From Amoeboradix gromovi X-113 (taxonomy: Eukaryota; Fungi; Sanchytriomycota): a stretch of 8,261 nucleotides of DNA. The notes beneath the pieces were generated by a model. It made no database searches. It was not told the origin of the DNA and saw only the letters and a program-made list of their open reading frames with translations. The first letter of the stretch is position 1; the number at the start of each line of letters is the position of its first letter. The position numbers were made by a program, and so were the translations under genes. Below, piece by piece: positions 1-7,327 of this stretch. The DNA is taken from the NCBI GenBank assembly GCA_018985225.1, contig JADGIF010000452.1, positions 1-8,261 on the forward strand. The letters run 5' to 3'.

Positions 1-13
1 AGGTGAAGAAATA

Positions 14-98
14 TGGGACACTGCTGTGAAAATTTCAACTGGGTAAATCTCGTCACCCGTTTTTTACCCCCAGTCTAGTTTTTACAGAGTGTGTCCCA
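14..98. repeat. Long imperfect inverted repeat / hairpin
   Basis: TGGGACAC (14-21) pairs with GTGTCCCA (91-98). CTGTGAAAA (24-32) pairs with TTTTTACAG (79-87, one G-T). ACTGGG (38-43) pairs with CCCAGT (69-74). TAAA (44-47) pairs with TTTA (63-66). Confidence 0.75.
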
Positions 99-286
99 AG
101 GAGTAGATCTCTTAGATCATGTATAATAAATATATTTAATACTAGTTGACAAATAAGGAGGATGCTGCTGAGCCGTGTAATCATCTCATTCTAGGTGAAG
201 ATATCTAATGTGACGGTTATCTCAAGAGTTGAAAAGCTAGGTTGATATCATTTAAGCATGATTTTGCCTAGGTTTGTGTCTTCATT

Positions 287-300
287 GTCGCCATGACAAC
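287..300. promoter_or_regulatory. Candidate RFX X-box
   Basis: GTCGCCATGACAAC fits the X-box consensus GTHNYY-AT-RRNAAC, in non-coding sequence. Confidence 0.4.
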
Positions 301-1291
301 AATTGTCGAATGTATGCGTTCTCGATTGATGATGCATATAATACTGGTGGAACATGATGGACTGCAGCAGCTCGGGTAGACTTAGCGTTCTTTTTGTTTT
401 GCATAGCGTTAACAGGTTGTATTCATTTACGCCTAATCCACCCAGTATCAGGAATTGATTTTAATTACAAAGCAACGCAAGTAGTACAAAATTCAAGCGA
501 TCAATTCAAAAACTGTTTATATTTAGACACTTTCATCAATTGTGGAAAAAAATAGCGCCTAAGAATTGCAAATTTGAGCTGCAGTTGAAATAAACCTCTT
601 GGTTATTACCTATTTAATATTTGAATGAGGAGAGAGAAAGCAAAGACAAAATATCTCGAAAGAGATTGTCAATGCATTTTCGTATTAAGAAAAGGCTTAA
701 AGGCATGTTATGGGACTTCCACATCTTTCCAGAAGGTCCTCCGACTTAGAATCGGGTGCCCAGCAAAAATCCATGTTGACTGGACCAATTCTAACTGCGT
801 GTTTAAGGTAGGCCAAGAATGGAAACAGATGAGATTCTCAAAAAAATAAAGATTATAAAGTCTCTACAAAATAACTACTTGCTTAATAAACACACCAGGT
901 ATGCTCTGCTAAAGACGCAAAACGGATTTAAAGACATGACTTTAACCCAGATTCAACAGGCATCAATTCGACCGTCAAATTTAGCAAAATTCAAATCTAG
1001 TCCAATAATTAGGTGAGTTTGATATTAACGAAGGGACGTTTTCAACACATGTCATGGAGATGTGAACAACTATACTCTAGATCAAAACCATGAACTGATT
1101 GCTAGACTGTATTCCCATACGAAATTCAAATAAATACTTATATTCTTTGAATCTATCTCTGCGGCTACTAATGAGTAGCTTGTAATAAATTTCAATTGCA
1201 GGTTTATTTATGCAAATAAAATTGATTGGAGAAAATTCCTATCAATCCTGATTCAGGTCATAAAGAGATTTCCCCCCTATTTGCCCGCAAT

Positions 1292-3682
1292 ATGATTTGG
1301 TTGGTTTCTTTACTAATAACAATAATAACAATGATAATAATAATATTTCCAGGCAAGTGCAACTATGATGGATATTCAAATATACCCGATTATGCTATGG
1401 AGTCACATGGTAAAATAGTTAGCAATTCAGAGTTCAACGGTAAAGACGCATCGCGAATATACCCTTCGGAAGTTTTATTGACTTCTAGAGAGGGCGAATC
1501 CGTTCCATTTGACATAGATATACAACAATGCATCTCTGGGTCTCCAACTGCTTGGCTAAAAAGAAGGCTAGTTGGTAACGGACTTTATTTGGATGATTCC
1601 AATACATTCAGGTGTCAGTTAACAGGTAATGAATACATACCCTGCAAAGTAGAATCTTCAGATAGACAATTTATTGTAGACAACACTATTGGATACCGGT
1701 GGCATACAAGGGATGCGCTAAATGAGCACAAAGAAGACGGCAATGGATGGATATTGTACAACAACGCATTCTATGATCTGAGCACTTATGTCAACTACAC
1801 TTTGGAAGAAACAGCTATCGATGGAAATGTTGCAAACATAACAAAGACCGTTTCTAGTTCATTGGCATATTTAGGGAAGGACTTCACTGACTTTTTACGC
1901 TCTTCATTAGGTAAAGAAATAACAAGTGATGAGTTTAATAATGCAGGTGGCAGTTCAAAAATGGAAACTTGTTTCCTCAAGCTGTTCTATACTGGAAATC
2001 TTTTAAACACGGAAAATGTTCAGTTAAGATGCATTGACAAATACTCAGCGTTTCTCTTCTGGTTTGCTGCCATAAGTGCAACAGTTTTGACGCTCATGCT
2101 TCTTACGAGCTTTCATCGTCCTCCAAAAGCTAAAGGTAGCTTTCCCTTTACGCTGGTTTACATTAATTTCGAAAATTATTTGAATTTTGAGAAGATTGTA
2201 CAAAGCATTAGAGATAGCGAGATTCCTCACAATCAAATTCTTTTATGTATATCAGTTCCACCCACGATGACGGATAAAGTGCTCAAGTATCTGCAATACT
2301 CTAAAACATATTCTGTGGAACGGCAAAAGACCTGTCTATATGCCGATAGATCTCATATTTTACCATACTGCATTGTCAGCACTAATATGTCTAAAAGACT
2401 TGTTATGGCATGCTGGATGTCACTGGTTAATCATTTGAGAACAGGGCATGATATTGAGGCACAGGTTAGTGAGCTAGCATTGGAGCTGTATGACACTCTA
2501 TATTATGAATTACAAATAGATCCAGCAAGATATGAAGGAATAGTTATATCAGAGCCATATTTGTTTGCTCCTAGAGCTTTAAGAGATATGGCCAAAGCTC
2601 TGACTGATTCAAAATATGGTGGATGTGCTGGAAGAGTTATACCAGTTGCCTATGGGCCTAATAGGGCTTTCGCGTGGCTTATGAACTCTCATTTGATAAG
2701 CAATATGAAGAGTGCATTAAACATTGGTGTGTGGACAGGGTTCATGGGATTAAGGCTTGATAAATCTCATTTGTTTATAAAACATTTGCTTTTGCCAAAC
2801 TATAACAAGACTCTGCAATTTATCTTTAATAATGAATACGATGCGTCTATAGGTGTATTAATGCAGTTGTATTTGGGTAAAATTCGATATCTACCTTCTT
2901 CTATAGCATTTCATCATTTGCCCAGTAATCCATTTAATATTTGGAAGGCACAACTGAACGGATCTATACTTAGTTTAATATGCAGCATATATAGTTTTAG
3001 GCGTCTTCAGAACATATGGACAGTGTTTTACCTACTTTACCTCTTAGCAAAACCGGTCGTGTTGATTTGCTTTTTTGGCTGTTTTCTTGTTGGCATAATG
3101 GCATTTTTAGCATCTCCTAACGCATACGCAATAGTAGGTACCTCGATGATAATATATTGTTTCACTGCAATTGGTATTCATGGCTGCAGAGGACATGTAA
3201 ACTTAATGCAAAACTATATAATTTACATCACGATTCTTCCTTTATACATGATTGCTCACTTTGCAAGTTTACTGTCACTTAAGACAAATGTCAGATCGAT
3301 GGCAAATGATATAGAAATGACGTTCAAAAGATCTTCAAGGGAAATTCCTGAAATGGACATCGGTGATGCAAAAACTATCATTGACAAGACTGTGGTCATG
3401 GATAAGACGGAATTAATGGATAAGACAGTTCTTATGGATCATGCTATATTAATGGCGAACGAGCTAGCTGAAAAGGATATTGATTTGGAAGAATTGAATA
3501 CCGCAGAAGAGCTTACAGGATTGATGAGAACTGACGTTAAAGATGAAATAGCCTTTATATTGGATCAAAACAAAGAAGCAGAAGTGAAGGAAACTTTACG
3601 GAATGAGTTCGGGGATGAGTTGGTAAGGCTATTTGATCGTTGGATAGATTTATGCATTCTAGAATACGATAATGAACAATAA
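1292..3682 (+). CDS. Divergent chitin synthase homolog (fungal division 2, class V/VII-like: TM, cytochrome b5-like region, Chitin_synth_2 GT2 domain, TM helices, DEK_C), probably catalytically inactive
   Basis: The frame is open from 1226 (TTG); the first ATG is at 1292. The order of motifs matches class V/VII CHS as recalled. b5-like region: [31 protein letters not shown]. GT2 region: [18 protein letters not shown] ~ NRGKRDSQMxLMx[29 protein letters not shown] ~ [33 protein letters not shown] ~ DxKxxGxCGET. Hydrophobic helices follow, then a C-terminal [19 protein letters not shown]..WID resembling DEK_C. The true 5' end may lie further upstream. Confidence 0.85.
   Translation: [796 protein letters not shown]
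1314..1345 (+). repeat. Imperfect (ATA/ACA)n microsatellite encoding an Ile/Thr-rich transmembrane helix
   Basis: taataacaataataacaatgataataataata encodes [10 protein letters not shown]. Confidence 0.7.
3380..3451 (+). repeat. Coding 18-bp tandem repeat, 4 degenerate copies ([24 protein letters not shown])
   Basis: Units are attgacaagactgtggtc, atggataagacggaatta, atggataagacagttctt and atggatcatgctatatta, in frame within the CHS-like tail. Confidence 0.85.
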
Positions 3683-3989
3683 ATTGACTCAGATTTTATC
3701 ATTCATCAAAGGGCAAGAATATTTCACTATTTTACGGTCTTTTTCAGAACTTGAAAATTCGGAGAGATTAAAATCCGAACTTTGCCAGTACGATTGCTTT
3801 TAATTCACCTGACTTTTTACACATCCTAAATGCCAAGAGACTGTTTCGGCAGTTTTAACATTAGAAAACATCGCGCTAACTCAATGGTGTCTAATGATGC
3901 TCTATAGTGATACTGAGGTAAGAGTTCAAACCTCAATTTTCAGACTCCGGCGCCCACATTACAACTGCTTTTCTTAGAAACTGAGTTGG

Positions 3990-4046
3990 CTTGTGCATAT
4001 GTTGGAAATATGAACTCACTAGAGCTCATCCGTTCATATTCACAAG
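3990..4046. other. Stem-loop between the convergent CHS-like and RRP1 3' ends
   Basis: AATATGAAC (4007-4015) and GTTCATATT (4032-4040) form a perfect 9-bp stem. An outer stem pairs CTTGTG (3990-3995) with CACAAG (4041-4046). Confidence 0.45.
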
Positions 4047-4107
4047 AGAGCTAAAGCCGCATATACAAAAAGAAAAAACACAATCTCGATATTGCTGTTA
4101 TAACAAA

Positions 4108-5322
4108 TCAATTTACTGTTCCTTTGCTTAAGTAACTTGGAGGCTGCCTTTTATGAAATCTCTTGATCCTGTTTTTGTCCAATTTAAAGTGTACACTTTT
4201 AGAGTGCTTGCATTTGTGCAGCGTTGTAAGTTTTGGGATCTCATAATTGGCTTTTGGCACAGTGATTATGTCGGCATCAATTGGGAAGAACGTATCACTT
4301 TCAGCCTTGCAGTTCGATTTTGGAGACACACGCCATAACGTTCGTAACTCCTTCACAACATCCAACTTCTTTCCACAAAGCACTCTAGGTTCACTACTAG
4401 TTTGCAAATCCATATCGTATTCTTGCACAATGGATTCTGCATTAGATTCCTCTACTAATTCAGGAATACTATTGGCAAGCGCCAAATTACTAGAAAATTG
4501 GATAAACTGAGGGACTAAAAGAGTTTTTTTAACAATGTTAAAGAGTTCCTGCCTTTTATCATCACTTAAGTTAGAATGAGTTGGATAGGAATACACAACA
4601 TTAACGAAGAATTGTTTGGCATCAGCAGCTTTTTCATGGTCAATGTCCATTAGCAAATGTAACAGCTTAAGAAGGACTTCATTAGTTATTCGGCTACGCA
4701 CACCCGTATTCTTTGTATTTTTGAACATTTCTAGTATCGGGAAAATCAGAGAAAAAAGACTTTCAGAATTTAGCAAAGTCAGTGGAAATGTGTCTAATTC
4801 CTCATTCTCACTACATGACTTGCAAAACTCATCTAGAAATACTTCCAAAGTGTGAAACCGAATCCCGTCCGGTAGATCCAAGTTATCATTGCCTAGTGGG
4901 CCCAAATCACCTCTCAAAATAGACATGATCTTATTAAACACAAGGGTTTCGTTGCCTCTTAAGTGTAGTAGCTTAAAAGTTACCAAGTGCATTCGACGGA
5001 ACAGATCGTAGTACTTGTCAAGTCTATAACTATCGAGACCATGCCATCTCCCAGCCATATATATCCAAAAGTATTTGAGATAATCAAAAGCAAAATCTGA
5101 TTCAACCAGAAGTTGTTCACTTAACATGTCAGCTAAGTTGTGCTGAACATATTGCTTATCACTTAACCAAAAGTGGTAAAAAATAACATCAAAAAAATCT
5201 TTCCATTCAGATTCAGAGTATGATTTGGATTTATCAAGGTCAGCAAACAATCGAACCAAAGCATTATCTCTTTCTTTTCTCACTGTGGAAGTTATTTTGC
5301 GACTCTCTTGACCGGAGATCAT
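4108..5322 (-). CDS. RRP1: Ribosomal RNA processing protein 1 (Rrp1/Nop52 family, 60S biogenesis)
   Basis: Nop52-family signatures: RKERDNAL, IFYHFWLSDKQYVQHNLA (~LFYxMWMxDKPxxQxxLA), RWHGLDSYRLDKYYDLFRR (~EWxGIDxxRxDKxxxLxRR) and PDGIRFH. The track start at 5346 is TTG; the first in-frame ATG is at 5322. Confidence 0.92.
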   Translation of the reverse strand: MISGQESRKITSTVRKERDNALVRLFADLDKSKSYSESEWKDFFDVIFYHFWLSDKQYVQHNLADMLSEQLLVESDFAFDYLKYFWIYMAGRWHGLDSYRLDKYYDLFRRMHLVTFKLLHLRGNETLVFNKIMSILRGDLGPLGNDNLDLPDGIRFHTLEVFLDEFCKSCSENEELDTFPLTLLNSESLFSLIFPILEMFKNTKNTGVRSRITNEVLLKLLHLLMDIDHEKAADAKQFFVNVVYSYPTHSNLSDDKRQELFNIVKKTLLVPQFIQFSSNLALANSIPELVEESNAESIVQEYDMDLQTSSEPRVLCGKKLDVVKELRTLWRVSPKSNCKAESDTFFPIDADIITVPKANYEIPKLTTLHKCKHSKSVHFKLDKNRIKRFHKRQPPSYLSKGTVN

Positions 5323-5480
5323 TTTGCTTTGAAGGGGCCATGCCAAATATCATCGTCAAAATTGATGGCCACGCAATCACAAGCAATCACAGCGACTTCC
5401 ATTACGGGTTACTAGAAATACAAGAAAAAGTTAACATTTTCATATCCAAGAAGCTTGAACTGTAAAACGAATTATAATGT

Positions 5481-6776
5481 TTATTTGCTATCAAGTAAAT
5501 ACTTTCCTAATTCAACTAGCACTGTTTTTTTGTCTTCCAATGATATCTTTTTTAATCCGCTGATGATTACCGGCAACACCATTTCCAACGTTGCGGCTGC
5601 GTTTTTGGAATATTCTGAATTTGGTATTTCATACAATAATTCTTCAATGGGTGGATTCTTTAATTCTTCGATAGATTCTTTGTATTGATGAATTCTTTCC
5701 AATTCTTTCTTATTATATGCTTTAGGTATGTCGAATGCAAAACAGTCTTTTAAATCTTTCGTAATTTGCTCAAATAATTTGTACCTGCAATCTTTAAAAA
5801 TGTAGTCGTCTCTCGGCCATACAACGCAATCTGGCGGTCTTGTGGTTTTAGAGTATTCAAAGTGCTCGGGTCCATACACATATGTGTCAAACAACTGCGA
5901 GTTGCAAAACTCTAAAATTTCAGGAAGTAAATCATTTAAAGTATGAGCCAAGACAATAACAGTTTTTGGCTTAACCTTTTCCAGTATTGCGCTTATTTCT
6001 TTCAAGCTCAGCTCATTTGTTTCTACAACGAAACCATAATTAGTTGAATCAAGTCCAGAGTTAAGGTCAAGTTGATAATACTGACTTAGACGATTGGCCA
6101 GCTGCGTCTTGCCGCTCTTTGGTGTACCTACAATTAGTATTTCTCGCTTAATCATATTATGTTTCTTTTCCATTTCTTCGAGAAAATCCTTTAAAATCTC
6201 AACACATTTTTCAGGATTTGATTCTTTAAAATCAGAGTTAGATATGCACAAATCTTTGAGGGTAATGTACTTGGAATAAATACTACCTACATTATCAAAC
6301 GGCAGTAGTTCACTAAATTTTGAGTTCCAAGATTCAAAGAGCACCTTCAATGACATTGCACCTTCATAAAGCCATTTGTAATGAGAATCTGTAACTTTTG
6401 AAGACACTAATGTGTTCAACAAATGTTTTTTACTTAACAATGGAATTATGCTGTCTCCAAACTCGATCCCCATTCGCAACTTCCAGCTTTGAAGTATCAA
6501 CGGTTCAAAGGCATTAATAAGGCAACCGCAATGATAAATAATAGCTTTTGTGTGAGTATACACAAATTTTTCGGTCTGGTATTGAAATATATAATTTGGA
6601 TGTGGTTTCCTTTTTAAAACATTCTCATCAGATGCACTGCTTCCAAATGAAAGGTAGCTTGAAAGTGCTATCAGGGCTGGTGGAAGTGACTCCAAATTGG
6701 TGTTAATATACCTTGAATTTCCAACTATATCAATAGTGAAGCATGGTGGGCTCTCAAGATAGGAGATTAAATCCAT
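5481..6776 (-). CDS. AK7: Adenylate kinase 7-like flagellar protein, strongly shortened and divergent, with C-terminal Dpy-30 motif
   Basis: LKRKPHPNYIFQYQTEKFV matches the AK7 motif RRKxHPNFxxHxxxEKxV. The P-loop ILIVGTPKSGKTQLANRLSQYYQL resembles ICILGPPAxGKSxIAxxLAxYYKL. The C-terminal LEMVLPVIISGLKKI...VELGKYLL is Dpy-30-like. The track start at 6815 is TTG; the first ATG is at 6776 (431 codons). Confidence 0.8.
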   Translation of the reverse strand: MDLISYLESPPCFTIDIVGNSRYINTNLESLPPALIALSSYLSFGSSASDENVLKRKPHPNYIFQYQTEKFVYTHTKAIIYHCGCLINAFEPLILQSWKLRMGIEFGDSIIPLLSKKHLLNTLVSSKVTDSHYKWLYEGAMSLKVLFESWNSKFSELLPFDNVGSIYSKYITLKDLCISNSDFKESNPEKCVEILKDFLEEMEKKHNMIKREILIVGTPKSGKTQLANRLSQYYQLDLNSGLDSTNYGFVVETNELSLKEISAILEKVKPKTVIVLAHTLNDLLPEILEFCNSQLFDTYVYGPEHFEYSKTTRPPDCVVWPRDDYIFKDCRYKLFEQITKDLKDCFAFDIPKAYNKKELERIHQYKESIEELKNPPIEELLYEIPNSEYSKNAAATLEMVLPVIISGLKKISLEDKKTVLVELGKYLLDSK

Positions 6777-6835
6777 TAGGCCTGAACTCAAAATAATAAA
6801 ACATTTATTCAGCAAAGTAATTATTTGAAGGTTTT

Positions 6836-7327
6836 CTAGGTATTTAAATTCTTGGTACTCGAGCGATCCTGTCGATAGATTTCTTTTGTAAAAGCATCAA
6901 CCATCTTCACACTCATACTGTCAAACACAAGCTGACTTAATTTGTCATAAAGTATCATGTTGAATTCGTATTCTAACATATATTCAACGATACATTCCTT
7001 GTCATTGAAGTTGCCCTTGATATTCCAAGTGGTATCCAACTGTTTGAATAACTTTGAAGAGCTTGTTGCTTTCACATAGTTAAATGGAATGCAGGTTACT
7101 TGGGAAATGTATGATTCTTTAAATTTATAAAACGATATCCCTAGTTCGGCATCCATAAACACTTTACGGTTTAACGGTGTATCCAATACGTATTCTGTGT
7201 TTGTTTTTAATACCTTGCTCGAACTGCAAAACGGTAAAAAGGAATGATACCTGTTTATATTACTAATCACATTATACACTTTGATTGGGTTTACCTTTAA
7301 ACATTGCTGTTTTTTAAATATTTTCAT
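6836..7327 (-). CDS. COQ10: Coenzyme Q-binding protein Coq10 (START/polyketide cyclase family)
   Basis: VYNVISNINRYHSFLPFCSSS, AELGISFYKFKESYISQVTC, LFKQLDTTW, CIVEYMLEYEF and MVDAF are typical of Coq10/RatA. The frame stays open upstream to 7387, so a longer spliced N-terminus is possible. Confidence 0.92.
   Translation of the reverse strand: MKIFKKQQCLKVNPIKVYNVISNINRYHSFLPFCSSSKVLKTNTEYVLDTPLNRKVFMDAELGISFYKFKESYISQVTCIPFNYVKATSSSKLFKQLDTTWNIKGNFNDKECIVEYMLEYEFNMILYDKLSQLVFDSMSVKMVDAFTKEIYRQDRSSTKNLNT

Noticed and set aside
14-98. SECIS element or Helitron 3' end
   Set aside because: GTGA/AAA/GA spacing does not fit SECIS geometry, and no Sec-type ORF is visible. The CTAG lies inside the hairpin rather than about 10 nt after it.
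1795-2236. Minus-strand ORFs 1795-1980 and 2045-2236
   Set aside because: Short antisense shadows of the CHS-like gene with no recognisable motifs.
3870-3960. tRNA (including tRNA-Sec) suggested by A/B-box-like motifs and TTCAAA
   Set aside because: No cloverleaf can be built: the acceptor, D and T stems do not pair.
4153-6279. Plus-strand ORFs 4153-4338, 4247-4510, 4616-4855, 5220-5465, 5455-5688 and 6094-6279
   Set aside because: Antisense to RRP1 or AK7, short and without recognisable domains.
4108-7327. Prokaryotic operon or RatA toxin interpretation, or a functional gene cluster
   Set aside because: Rrp1, AK7 and DEK_C-bearing CHS are eukaryotic, so the START protein is best read as Coq10. 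The neighbours have unrelated functions, so compaction explains the adjacency.
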